NCBI GenBank assembly: GCA_043228905.1
Contig: JBHGNT010000006.1
Location: 17,360,001 to 17,424,000, forward strand
Direction of reading: 5' to 3'
From: Azolla caroliniana
Lineage: Eukaryota > Plantae > Polypodiophyta
Length of the DNA stretch: 64,000 bases
Part shown: piece after piece, positions 46,072-59,571 of the stretch
How the letters are laid out: every line of letters begins with the position of its first letter
Position numbering within the stretch: position 1 is the first letter of the stretch
The notes under the pieces: model-generated
The model's input: only the letters and a program-made list of their open reading frames with translations
Database searches by the model: none
What the model was told of the DNA's origin: nothing
Translations under genes and position numbers: made by a program

Positions 46072-46875
46072 TCAGAATTGGTCTCCTTGGAACGTCTGGC
46101 CGAAGCTCCAGCCTGCGGGCGCCACGTCGTACGACGTCAGCGTCCTGCCGTCGCTGGTGGTCACAGCGAACGACAGGCTCTGCCCGTCCAGCTTCCCGTT
46201 GCTCTGCCAGTTCTGGCCCCAATTCCGGCTCATGGCCATCCATCCTGTCTGCGAGCCCTTGACGGACACCGCCGTCACGTCTCCCGCACCGCCCACGTTG
46301 GTGATGAGCACCAGGTTGAAGTAGGAGTGGCCGTTGACAGTGAAGCGGATGCCGCCCTTCTTGGCGCAGGCCACGCGGCGGTAGAGCACCGGCACGATGC
46401 CGCCGCTGTACACCCCGATCTTCTCGAACGCCGGCTGCGCCATGTCGAAGTGCTCCCGCGGAGGGTTGCACCAGCCGCCGGCGTCGCTGGATTGGGCGGG
46501 GTTGGGCGGGCAGAAGTTAGTGGCGGTGACCACCACGCTGGAGGCGCCGCCTCCGCCGCCAACGCACCACTTGGGGTCGGCGGCGGCGTCGCACTTGATC
46601 TCGAAGCAGGCGCCGCAGCTGAGTCCGGCGTTGAAGAGCGCGGTGCTGAGGGCGGCGGTGTCAGTGCCATAGCCAGAGCTGTAGAGGTCTCCGTAGCCGC
46701 AGGCACCGCCCATGGTACCGGCCGCATCTCCGCCGCCATAGAAGGTGGCGTGGGCGGAGGTCCAGCTGCTGGGCAAGGATTGGGCGGCAGCAGGAGGAGA
46801 GGCCATGAAGAGAATGGCGGAGGCGCTCATGGCCATGGCCATGAGGAGGAGAATGAGATTGTTTGATGAGGCCAT
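46072..46875 (-). CDS. EXPA: Alpha-expansin (EXPA family), 267 aa, intronless, copy 2, apparently identical to copy 1
   Basis: Same motifs; translations identical to copy 1 in all overlapping ORF-track frames. Confidence 0.97.
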   Translation of the reverse strand: MASSNNLILLLMAMAMSASAILFMASPPAAAQSLPSSWTSAHATFYGGGDAAGTMGGACGYGDLYSSGYGTDTAALSTALFNAGLSCGACFEIKCDAAADPKWCVGGGGGASSVVVTATNFCPPNPAQSSDAGGWCNPPREHFDMAQPAFEKIGVYSGGIVPVLYRRVACAKKGGIRFTVNGHSYFNLVLITNVGGAGDVTAVSVKGSQTGWMAMSRNWGQNWQSNGKLDGQSLSFAVTTSDGRTLTSYDVAPAGWSFGQTFQGDQF

Positions 46876-48978
46876 TGGTATGTGTATGTGTATGTTTGTA
46901 TGGGGTTGGTTATGAATCCAAGATGATTTAGGAATACTTATAGCCTTGTGAGGGTCAATGAATTTATATACTAATCCACTAGTTTGATTTTGTGAACATG
47001 CGTGTTTGATGATGTAACAAGACCAGAGAATAAGAGCGCGATACGGCTGCGCATGGCCCACTTGTCGTACGTATAATGGTCGTCTCGTCGTATATTGGCC
47101 TCTTTCGAAACCGACGAACGAGTCATTAATGATCACAAACTCTCGCCCCCACACCTTAGCTAGTTGGGTCACGTTCCACAGCGTAACACACAAACGTTTC
47201 GACCTGAGGGACCATGACCATGATTATAGATGGATTTAATGGCCATGTTCCGAATGGCATTCATTATTTATCCAATAGTGACCCATAGAAAACAAATGGA
47301 TGTAGTGGCTATTATTACCACCCTATTGATGGATTGGTTTTTTGTCGTTTGATTGTCAAACCGTTCTTTCGTACATACTCCCTCACATGGAATGATTTAC
47401 CTTTGGAGATCTTTTTGCAATGTTCTTTTTGGGGCAAAGTGTGTGGCTCACACATATGTGCACCTTATGGTGGGTGGGGTCCTACAACAGTTCATTCGGA
47501 TCTACATGTTCTTCCTTAGCTACACTAGCCAGCTCAACATGGTGGAGTGATTCTCATTGGAATCTAGATTCACATCAACTGCAACTCAAATTGGATTCTA
47601 CTATCATGATTATCACATAATGACCAGACTATTACAATACGTACTCGCCAGCTTGATTCATGGAGGGGTGACCCAAGTCATTGGAATCTAGAGTTACATC
47701 AAACTCCTCCTTAAGTTTTTGTTTCACCAAGTATTTACACATTCACGGCATGGATACATATCAGTACCAAACTTGAGCTGGCATATATGTCTAGAATTGT
47801 ATATAGTCCAACAATATTTGTCACTCTACATTCTCACCGTTTTTTTTTAAATGGCATGGATTTAGTAATGTGGGTTTTTCATAACTCCGTTTGTAAAAAT
47901 ATGACACACAAAAAACACTTCCTTAGAAATAAGCCCAATCCTTTGTCAATGGCTCACGCAAAAGTGCCTCCCACTTTACAAATCACTCAAGCCCAACTTT
48001 GACTTATAAGGATCATCAAAGAACATAAAGCATTTATTTGCTTCATTGGGTTTATGGTTGACCAAACTATAGACGTAATTAGCAACTTTTCATAACATTT
48101 AGTTATTTTCAGAAATGCTTACACGGTGTGCACATATGCTTTCGAGTTCTTGTGGTACTCATGACTCAATCCATAACTTTCAAAATGTAGGTTATCAAAA
48201 AAGTAGTGTGTCCCACTTGTGCAAGTCTTATGGAATTCCAATGATATATCTAGTTTTCCGTGCACTTTTGTATGTCTCGACACATTGTTCTAATTGATTA
48301 TCAAGCATGTGCGAAAAAGAGACAATTGCAACAACATCATCATGTTGTCCAAAAGATTAACATCCAAATTGATCTCGTCTAATCGTGGGCAAGTAGAGAC
48401 ATACATAAAAGGATAACGCAAGTGCTCCTAGTTAACAACTACAAACCATTCCTATAAAAAAACATTCAGTTCACCAACATTGATGGGATATTTTTAGGTA
48501 AAGCTATCTATCAATGTGATTGTCATGCCATGTGATAAGCAATAAGAATGATGTCATATAAGTGAAATTCTGATATCCCTAATCATATATGCATTCGAAA
48601 ATGAAATAATATTTGGACGTATCTCTTCTAATATCCATTCATCTAACTCATTAGAACGCAACATCCATCATTGCAAAATTGTAATAACTCCTCAAACAAG
48701 GACTTATTAGAATGAAAATATTGTGTTTGAATACCAAACTTGACGCTTGACAGCGATAAAAGACTTCAATGCTCACACAAGAAGAGATCATATCACAAGA
48801 ATGGGAGGGCCCTAGTTCCTTGCCTATACTCCAATTTCTTGTAAGGTTAGAATACCGCAAACAAATAAAAAATGGTGGAGTCTTTGGAAAAGAAAAAATT
48901 ACCGATTAATCCCATAAGATTGTGGCAAAGTAGAGTGTAAAAGTAAAGCTATATATTGACACACAAAGGAAGCCCAAT

Positions 48979-49226
48979 TTGTTAAGGGGCCCCTTTTTCC
49001 GAATATCCCGATCTGTACGACAGGGATGCCCACTAGCTTCATCCTTATTTCTATTATACGCCGAAGCACTCTCTTACTGTCTCAACTTGCGGCATCTCAA
49101 CCTACGTGGTCTTCCCGTGCCTCATTCTCACCAAAGCATCCTGGATATAGAATTTGTAGATGACACAACTGTCTACCTACAAGGGGACTTGGAAAACTTA
49201 CAAAAGCTCGAAAGTGGGTTAGCCCT
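48979..49226 (+). pseudogene. LINE reverse transcriptase fragment, copy 2, cut by the Gypsy LTR at 49227
   Basis: SRSVRQGCPLASSLFLLYAEAL...FVDDTTVYLQG. Confidence 0.87.
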
Positions 49227-49499
49227 TGTCGCGAAGTTTCGTGCGTGTATGTTACTTGGGTGGGAGCACGGGGGTCATGGACTAGGGAGTACGAAGGGAT
49301 AGAGAAGACAAGAGGTTTGCTTTACGACAATACTACTTCTCGACCCCTTCCTAAGCAACGGCTCGTTGACCCTTTTGTAGGGTCGGTGGTTTTCATTGAT
49401 CACGACTCATCGAGTTTTCGAGATCACCGCACGAGCTAAGTGATCAAACGGGTACAAGCAAAGATGAGCATGCAAAAATGAGCGCACAAGGGACGATAA

Positions 49500-50015
49500 C
49501 ACAAGCACAAATGCTCATATGTCTTTATGAGGAGGAGAGGTGGATGGGCACACCCGAACGCTCCCTCGTCACAAGACGCCGAACGTAAAAGGAAAGGGAC
49601 GAGAATACAAACACGAATGCTTCTACGTCTTTATCAGAAGGAGAGGTGCATGGGCACGCCCGAATGCTCCCTTGTCACAAGACATTGAATGTACAAGGAG
49701 GGCACAAAACACATGCACAAATTCTCGTACGCCTTTATGAGGAGGAGAGGTGCATGGGCACGCCTGAAATGTCCCTCATCACAAGATGACTGAACGTACA
49801 AGGAAGACACAAACACATGCACAAAAGCTCGTACGTCTTTATGAGGAGGAGAGGTGCATGGGCACGCCTGAAATGCTCACTTGTCACAAGATGGCCGAAC
49901 GTACAAGGAAGACAAACACACGCACAAATACTCGTATGCCTTTATGAAGAGGAGAGGTGCATGGGCATGCCCGAAATGCTCCCTCGTGTCAAGACGGCCG
50001 AACATACAAGGGGAC
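49500..50015. repeat. ~105-bp tandem repeat in the LTR, 5 units
   Basis: Anchors at 49527, 49633, 49737, 49841 and 49944. Confidence 0.93.
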
Positions 50016-53000
50016 GAGAAGAAAGAAAGAAAGAAAAAAAACACGAATGATATTGGCTAAAGAAATAAATATGTGTTCGATTCCACGCATGAGGACCCTT
50101 TATAAAATAAGGTTTGATTACAATTTGGCAACTTCTAGTTAACCACAACCTCAACAAAACATAGATACTAAATGCCCATATAGACAAAAGCAAATCCGAA
50201 CACGGATTACGAACACGAAGAAGACGAACAAACAAGCACCACAAAAATGCTGACCCCAACGAACCATGACCACCCAAACAGCGAGCACACGGGCTTGCAA
50301 TGACGAACAAGGGCGAACCAATGTCGAACCAACGAAGCTCGAGCTCACGAGCACCGTAAACGAGCACTTCGAGTGCCAACGTGAAGAAGACGAGCACGTG
50401 GCGGTGAGGGGATGAAAGGGTATGAGATGAAGAGAAATGGTGAAGATGAAGATGAAGAGCTCTGAAAGAAAAATGTCGATAGTCTCATCCTCCCAAATGA
50501 GCCCCCATGGACCTCCTTTTATAAGAAAAAAGAAAGGGGGGTCGCCAATTTGGTCTTCAATGCAAAATGAATAATATTCCTTAAATCACGATGCTTTGTA
50601 AGACCAGATTTGAACTGTGCACCTCTAAGCTAGAAATCAATGTGACTATCCACTAGTCCATTACTCTGTCTTATATAATATAGAATTCTTTATCTACAAA
50701 TTCATAGCCTGTCTCCTCTCTCTTACTTTTTACACGAGCTTCTGTATCTCCTTTCCACCCTTTCTTTTCCCTTTTCTTTTGCATGTGCAAAATTAATTGC
50801 CTTTGTGTGCACAGACATTGCACATTCACATTTTGAACCCCCCTTTCACCGGTTTTTCCCACACTCGAGCACACCATATCATGACATCTACCCCCATCAA
50901 ACCGCACATCCTCCGGTATGTGCCAAGAATGACGGCTGAGGGTGGTCAATAGTTCATTTCCTCCTTCTCATTGACCCCGTGGCTTGTTCTTTGCTCGCCT
51001 TTATCTTTGTCAAGGTCATCAAGGTTTGACTCCCTGTCGTGTCGTTGTTTGAATATTTCGAGCCACTTTCCTGCTATTGGTAGTGCCAACTTAGTCCCAT
51101 CGAGTTCAACAAGGTGGTAGGTGGCATTATCGTTTGCAGTCGTTACCATGTATAGCCCGAACCATCTCTTTGAGAATTTCCACATTGAGCTATGTTGATT
51201 GTCGAGACTGCTATCATACACAATCACCTAGTCTCCTTCTTTGATCTTCCGAGGGTATAGTTGGTGTGTCTTGTCGAATCGGGCTTTGTTGCTTAGCCTA
51301 GCCACTTCTAACCTCTCCTTTGCCAACTCCAAGTCTTCGGGTCTTCTCTCAAGTTGCCTTATCCTTGTTGCTAGAAGCTCTTCTCGACTCATCTCGTTTT
51401 CCCACGGCATCGCTACCCATGACGCGATCGTGTCTTCAATGGGCATCACCGGCTTTTGTCCGTACATGAGTTCAGCTGGCATGAAACCTATAACTGAGTT
51501 GTGAGTTGTTCTGTCGGTCCACAAGGCATAAGGTAGTAACCGAGGCCAGTTCCCGACTTGCCCATCGCAAGCTCTTACAATGGCTTTTACGATAGGCCCG
51601 TGTCTGCGTTCTATCTTTCCATTAGCCTCCGGGTTATAAGTGGTCGTGAGAGAGAGCTTCACTCCAAGTCGTTCAAAGAGCTCTGTAGCTTCGTGAGCGT
51701 TCAACTCTCCTCTCTCGGCCACTATCTTTCCCACACATCCATACCTAGAGATGACATCTTCGAGTAAGAATTTACACACCCTTCTAAGGTTCACCCTTCT
51801 ACTTGGTTTGTTAGGTGTTCTCTTGCTAGAACCAAATATTTCATTTGGCCCACTCCATCGGCATCGAAACCAAATCCACCATCCATTTGAAGTGTATGGT
51901 GAGTGGGTAGGTCGGGTGCAACTCATCCCTATGGCGTATGTTTCAGTGTATCTGGCAGCTTTTACACGTCCTCACGAAATGGGCGACATCCTTGTACATT
52001 CCTGGCCACCAATACCTCTCCTTTAACTTCTCGAATGTTGCCCACGTTCCTCTATGGCCCACCCAAGGACTCTCGTGGAACTTAGACACCAATGTTGTCT
52101 GGTCCTCTTCCTTTATGACCACTCGTTGTGGCGTCCCTGCCCTTCTCTTCGTAGAGGTATCCCCCTTGTAGGAAGAATTTGTACGCTTTCTTTCAGACCC
52201 TTTGTGATTCCTCCTTTGACCATGAACCATCCACCATCATTGAGCTTAAGAACTTGCCAATGTGTAGCCATTCCCCTTCGTATTCACTTTCGTTGAAGGC
52301 GTGGAGTACTCGCACATCTCGATCATCTATAGACGCTTGGGCCGTCTTAAAGAAGTCAAGAGCGACATCCTCATCTTCAGACACCATGTCGCTTTCGCCC
52401 TCGAATCTTGCCCTCGATAGCATATCTGCCATGAAATTGTTCTTCCCTGAAATGTGGTGAATCTCCGGGTTCATTGATTTGATGTAAGCAATCCATCTTA
52501 GCATAGCTAAGTCAGGTGTTGCACATCCCGAAACCATCCCTAGGATTGGAAGGCAACCCGTCTCTATTACCACCTGTCACCTAATTTGGTAATCTTTAGC
52601 CGCCTTCACTACGGACACAATACCCCAAAGCTCACATTTTACTTGGGTGTATCCTCATTGTCGCTCGCTTAAGACCTTGGCTCCGAACCGGATGGCGTAC
52701 CATGCACCATCCTCTCCTTCTTGGTTGATGACCCATCTGATCCCTGTTGGACTCGTATCTACCGTCATGTAGATGGGCACCCCTTCCTTGTATACGGCTT
52801 TTCATAAAGTTGGTGCCACTACTAGCATTCCTTTGAGCCTCTTCATTGCCTCTGTCTGCTCTTCCTCCCACTTGAACTTTCGCCCCTTCTTGAGTAGCCC
52901 ATACAAGAGCTCGGCTAGGTGAGCATAGTGTGGGATCCAGATGTGGTGGAATGCATAGGCTCCAAGAAATCGCCTCACCTCTGTTTGTGATTTACATTCT

Positions 53001-54414
53001 TCCCTCATGTCTGTGATGGCATTCACCTTTGCCAGGTATCGCTTCCATCCGTACGGCCCGCACAAGAATCTCCGGTTGGCCGAATGTCGATTTCTCAGCT
53101 GAGAAGGTCAAGCATGAATCTTTGAGTCTTTGTAGAACCTTCTCGCAATCAGAAATGTGATCTGCCACAAAACGTCTACACCCATTCTCGTCCAAGGTTT
53201 CATCTTTCTCCGCTTCAGACCACCCATTTATGGGGATTTCATCGAGGAATGGCATGGTGATGTCGGGGATGCAATATCTCATTGCATTTATCATGTGGGC
53301 TACAAAGTTAGTGCCTCCTTGTGGCAAGGTACACATTCTCACTAGGCCGATAGGGGTCCGCATCGTCGTGATGTCTCTACTCTCCACAGCTAGTCGGAAT
53401 TGATCATACCCCGAGTATAGATCACCGATCAAATAAATAGACCTTCCAGTGAAGGCCTCAGCGAATTCGTCAACGCTTGGCCCGACCCCTGCATTTCGAA
53501 TTGTCACTTGATAAATAGGTTGTAGGTCCTGGATGAAGCGTAAGGTGTTGTTCTTCTTTGGCACAATGAACCACCGATTCGAGTATGGGGCGCTTAATGG
53601 CACGAGGATACCCATCTCGATCTTTTCCTTGTGTAGCTCAATGGACTTCGGGATGTGAGCTCTCGGAACTAGGATTGGTTTGATGTTCCATGGTACATGC
53701 GGTACCGTAAAGATCACCATTAGCTCCACGATCTTAGGGTTTACGCACCCTATCTCACCCGATGAGAAGGCGAAATCCCTTCCGTGGCTTTCGATCATTC
53801 TTCTAAATCTTTCCTCCTCCCTAGGCAATAGGAAGCCACCCCCACAAATCCGGAGCTTCTGTCGCATCTCGTCGGTGAACCGGTGTCCTATGCCTCGTGG
53901 GTCCAAGCTAGGATCGTGTACTTTGTTTGCACCTTGATCATGCTCGCTTCCTCGATCAACCGCCCAAGCTTTTTGATGGCAGTGTACATGTCAACTGACT
54001 TGACTGGAATTACCTTGTCTTCATTGAGGCCCAAAGCGACTATCCTCTCCATCTCCTTGAGATTGTCATCGAACGAGATTGCCTCCATGGCGCCGCTTAT
54101 GGTGTCATCTTCCCCTAATAAATTACAGTTTTTGAGATACCTTTCGTATCTCTTGGCCCTAGGCTTATCTCTATTACTTAAACTAGTAATTTTACAAGCT
54201 CCATTTTCGGAGAACCAAAATTGTTTCCTTTTACATTTAATAGTTTTGCAAGGGTTTTGTCATGAACACATGACCATTATGGTGTCACCCGGACTTGAAC
54301 CTCGAACCCTGTAATCCATACTTGAAAACCTCAACCATTAAGATAGCTTATTGTTATATGAAACAATAAAAGCTACTCCTTGTATTACATTGATTTTTGT
54401 AAAAACTCTAGATT

Positions 54415-54502
54415 ATTCTAGAATGTCCTAGAGCATTCTAGGTCTAGAACATTCTAGAACATTCTAGAAATCTCTAAGCTATTCTATAGGAACCTATAAA
54501 TA
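54415..54502 (+). promoter_or_regulatory. Heat-shock-element array plus TATA box in the chromovirus 5' LTR
   Basis: GAAcaTTCtaGAAcaTTCtaGAA at 54447-54469 (five alternating nGAAn units); TATAAATA at 54495. Confidence 0.7.
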
Positions 54503-54751
54503 AAGGCATACATGTATTCTCAAATCAATTCGAATCAACACCAGTCTTTAGCTCTCATTACATATCTTGTATCCATTCTCTTTCTTTCTCTATCTTATAC
54601 ATCCATTCTTCTCTTAGTATTTGGTTCCTTTCTTCTCGTGTTCTCTAATATCCTTCTTCCATCACTCTATCTTTTATCCTTGGTTCTGACAGTTTGATTC
54701 GAATTCTCTCTCTCTCTCTCTCTTATCCTCCTTTGTAACCATCCTGAAACC

Positions 54752-57700
54752 ATGGCTGCCATTAACTCAGAAGAATATCTCACCCTTGTTGCAGAAATGG
54801 AGAACCTTAAATCCAAGTTTGCATCTCTTGAAGTAGAGAATCAACGTCTACTTGGGGATCTACAAAAGGTTACTATAGAGAAGCAACAACAACAAGAGGA
54901 GTTCACGCGACGAGTGCAACAGTTAGAGTCGACAATCATAGTGTTACAACAACAAAGGGTTGAAGGTCAGGGACTTATCAAGGAGCCCAAAATTAGCCTC
55001 CCAGCTAAATTTGATGGGTCGAGGGCGCATTTCCGAGGTTTTTTGAATCAAGTATGGTTGGTGATTCAAATGCATCCCGCACGTTATCCAACAGATGCAT
55101 CACGAGTCGGGCTAGTGGGCACCTTATTGACTGGCATTGCGTTGTCGTGGTTTGCTCCATTGCTAGAGACCAATTCTCCTCTACTGAATAATTTCGAGGA
55201 ATTTATCAAGGAATTTAAGGCTTGTTTCGGAGATACTGATGGCGTGAGAACAACTATCAACAAGATTCGTACACTTCGTCAAGGTGATCAACCAGCTTCG
55301 ACATATGCTACCAATTTCCGTCTCATCGCAAGCGATATTCCTTGGGATGAACAAGCCCTAATGGAGCAATTCCATTCAGGCATTCGTAGTGATGTTAAAG
55401 ACTTACTTCTTACCTTCCCCGACGATCCAAGGTCACTTACAAAAGCTATTAGTCGAGCAATACGGTGTGATAATCGCCTTTTTGAGCTTCGATGTGAGTG
55501 ACAACAACAAATAACAAGATCAAGATTCACACCAACTTATGCATCAGTAACGGCGCAATCATCCCCAAGGCAAATGTATAGCCCTACTCCAACTCCAAGG
55601 CAAACATGTAGTCTAGTCCCAATGGATAGTCCTGCACCCATGGAGATCAATATGACTCAACGATGAGAACCATTGTCAGACGAAGAGAAGCAACGTCGTC
55701 GAGCAAACCATCTGTGCTTATATTGCGGAGGTCCAGGACATATAGCCATTCATTGCTCCCGTAGGCCGAGACGTTAGGTAAATCAAATTCACTATGACAA
55801 TAAAAATGAGTCCAACATTTTAGAAGCAGTTAGTGAATCTAATATTATGAATAATCCACCCTTCTCCAATAAATTTGAAGTCCTAAGCCAATTAGAAGAG
55901 GAGTCAAACGAATAAGTCCAGCCAAAATAGGAGCCATTTGGTTGGACAACCCTAGATATGTACAACCTAGTGTGGGTTCCATTTCTTCCAAGCATGTTAG
56001 TAGAGTCTTCTCAGCCCTAGTACAAGTTAGGACACCCAATTGTCAACTTCAAGTCCAAGCCCTCTTAGATACTAGAGCCAATTCTTGTTTCATGGATAGA
56101 GATTTTGCCCGAAAACACCAAATATCCTTGCATATACTTCCTTGTCCAGTTTCCATAGTAGTGATTGATGGACGCCCCATAGCTTTCGGGAAGATATTTG
56201 AAGAGTCTGAGCCAATATACATACTCTTGGGTGATTTAGGACGTGTAGTTTCCTTTAACATAATCCGTAGTCTTGAGCATCCAATTGTCCTCGGTTTGCC
56301 ATGGTTCGAGCTACATAACCCTAGAATCGATTGGAGGAAGCGAGAAATTAGGTGCCCTTTAGCAGAAAATATCATTGTCAAGGATCGAACTCAGGATTAT
56401 CCTCCTAAAGTATATAGTTCTACCGATGCACCATATCCTTCTCATCAAATTTCAGCCATCACTTTGCAACAATTACGCCAAGTGGGAGGCAAGGAGGACC
56501 TTTTCTTATTTGCAGTATCAGTGACACTTTCTAATGTCACTCAAGGGAATTCAGACATCCAAATTCCCAAAAAATATCAAAGATTATGCTGATGTTTTCG
56601 ACAAAGTCAAAGCTAGTGTTCTTCCAAAGCATCGACCGTACGACTGTCCTATTGATCTCCAACCAGGAAAAGAGGCACCGTGGGGTCTGATTTACAATTT
56701 ATCACCCATTGAGCTTGAGGTTCTTTGGGAATACATCGAGGAAAATCTTGCACATGGGTTTATTCGACATTCAAAGTCTCCAGTTGGTGCTCTTATCTTT
56801 TTTGTGAAGAAAAAGGACGGCTCCCTTCGTTTGGTCGTGGACTATTGAGGCTTAAATAAAGTCACCATAAGGAATAGGTATGCTTTACCTTTAATCTCCA
56901 ATCTCTTAGAACGCATTGGTGGGGCAAAGCATTTTGCCAAAATTGATCTAAGGGGTGCATATAATCTTGTTCAAATTTGACCGGGAGATGAGTGGAAAAC
57001 AACATTTCGTACTCGGTATGGTCATTTCGAGTATATAGTCATGCCTTTCGGGGTCACAAATGCACCTGCAGTATTCCAACATATGGCAAATGACATCTTC
57101 CGGGATTTCTTGGATATTTTTCTAATCATCTACCTAGTGATCTATTGATTTACTCTAAAACACAGGGGGAGCATGATATACATGTGCGGCAAGTACTTGA
57201 ACGCCTAAGGAAGTATGGTCTTTATGCCAAACTTGAGAAATGCAGTTTTGATTGCAAACAAGTCGAATTTTTGGGATACACTATTTCATCCCAGGGTGTT
57301 TTCATGGACCCGACAAAAGTCCAAACAATATTGGAATGGAAACCCCCATGCTGAGTTCGGGATGTCCAGTGTTTCCTCGGATTTGCGAACTTCTATCGCA
57401 AATTCATACATAATTATTCAAGCATTATGTTGCCCCTTACTCAACTCACCAAGAAAAATCAAGCATTTTTTTGGAGTATCGAAGCGGACAAGGCTTTTAC
57501 GCAGCTGAAAGAGGCATTCACATCAGCACCCATCCTAGCACATATGCATCCTGAAAAGTCATTTACTATTGAGGCAGATGCATCAGACTTTGCATTGGGG
57601 AGTATCCTATCGCAACCAGGCGAGGATGGGCAGACACATCCAGTCGCGTTTCACTCGAGAAAATTTACTGTTTCGGAGATAAACTATGAGGTGCATGACA

Positions 57701-59571
57701 AGGAGTTAGTAGCTGTGATCGACTCATTCGAGCAATGGCGTCATTTTCTAGAAGGATCACCTCATCAGATTATCATTTATAGTGATCACAAAAATCTCAC
57801 ATATTTTCAAACAGCTCGAGTATTAAATAGACGACAAGCTCGATGGGCCCAATTTCTAACACGTTTCAATTTCAAGATCATTTTTTGCCCCAGAAAACAA
57901 CAAGGGAAAGCAGATGCTCTGTCTTGGCGTTCGTATCTAGCACTTCAACCTGGAGATCTGGCCTTTGACAATCAAAAGCAAACTCTCCTCGGGCCATCAA
58001 AGCTACAGGTAACAACAATTTATGCCACACCACTTGATTCTACCCTTCTTGACACTATTCGGCAACAACTTCATTCGGATGATTTTGCTAAGGATGTCTT
58101 AGCCCACTGTGGTTCAAGTCGTCCATCTTGCTCCACATTGCTAGGGTCATCTCAACATTATCAGGACTTCAAGTGGCAAGATGGCTTACTCTTCTACAAA
58201 AATCTCCTTTACGTCCCCGAAGGATCACCCCGACTTCAAGTGTTGGAACATTGTCATGATGCCCCCATGGCTGGACATTTTGGTATTTCCAAGACCATTG
58301 AGCTGGTGAAACATTCGTTTTGGTGGCCTCACTTGCAAAAATTTGTCGAAGATTATGTTTGCACTTGTGACACCTGTTGTCGCGCCAAAATACCTCGGCA
58401 TCACCCTTATGGCTTACTACAACCCTTACCCCCTCCCAACAAGCCATGGCAGTCTATTTCTATGGATTTCATTACGGATCTGCCACCTTCCAAAGGCTTT
58501 GATACTATTTTAACAGTAGTGGATCGGTTCACCAAGATGGCACATTTTGTACCATGTGTAAAGACCATCAATAGTGAAGAAACTACAGATCTCATTATGC
58601 GTGAAGTGTTTCGCCATCATGGTCTCCCGAATGATATTATTAGCGATCGAGGTCCTCAATTTATCTCACACTTTTGGAAGCACCTATGGGCAGGCCTCAA
58701 AATCTCTTGCAAACTCTCTTCGGCTTATCATCCACAAACTGACGGACAAACAGAGCGCACAAATCAAACACTCGAGCAATTTCTTCGATGTTTCATTAGT
58801 TATCAACAAGATGATTGGAGTAATATTTTACATCTTGCTGAGTTTGCATACAACAACACGGTCCACTCTTCTACCAAAGTAACACCTTTCTTTGCCTACA
58901 CCGGCAACCACCCTCGATGGTGTATACTGGATCTTCCCGAGGTGTCACGAAACCCTAGTGCGGCGCATCACCTCCACCGACTACAACAAATCCAGTTCGA
59001 GTTATTGTCACATCTTCAGAAAGTGCAAGCACACCATAAGACCAATGCCGATCGACATCGTCTTAAGTCTCCGTTTAAGGTTGGTGACCGTGTATGGTGG
59101 CTTCGTCGTCACATCAAGACTACCCGACCGTGTGCTAAGCTTGACTATCAACCCTTAGGTCCTTTTGTCATCACAACGCAGATTAATGATGCAACATTTC
59201 GTCTTAACCTTCCTGCACATATGCGGCTTCACCCTGTCTTTCATAGCTCTATTTTGGAACCTTGCCGCACCTCTATAATTCCTAATCGTGTCGTGCCACC
59301 ACCGCCTTCTATACAACTTGTGGACAACCTCGAATACGGGGTAGCTGCTATTCTCGATTCTATGATTGTGCGTAATAAGCTTTATTATCTAGTTGATTGG
59401 CTTGGCTATCCTCCGAGTGATCACACTTGGGAACCCATCGATAACGTTTGTAATGCTGAAGCTCTGGTCAACGACTTCCATCGTCACTATCCAAACAAGC
59501 CCGGCCCAACAATGTTAACGCCGACTTCCACTCGGCGTTCTCGAAGGAGGGATAGTGTCATGAACACATGA
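54752..59571 (+). pseudogene. Chromovirus gag-pol; RNase H-integrase-chromodomain still open as 714 aa (57427-59571)
   Basis: EADASDFALG, NYEVHDKEL, AGHFG, SISMDFIT, AYHPQTDGQTER, HPVFH, YLVDWLGYPPSDHTWEP; stops in gag and RT. Confidence 0.93.

Larger units (their letters stand above)
43345..50917 (+). repeat. Segmental duplication, copy 2
   Basis: Collinear with 833-8117. Confidence 0.97.

Noticed and set aside
55895-55915. Slippery site at the end of chromovirus gag (GTCAAAC)
   Set aside because: Not a canonical X XXY YYZ heptamer and there is no second copy here to test conservation.
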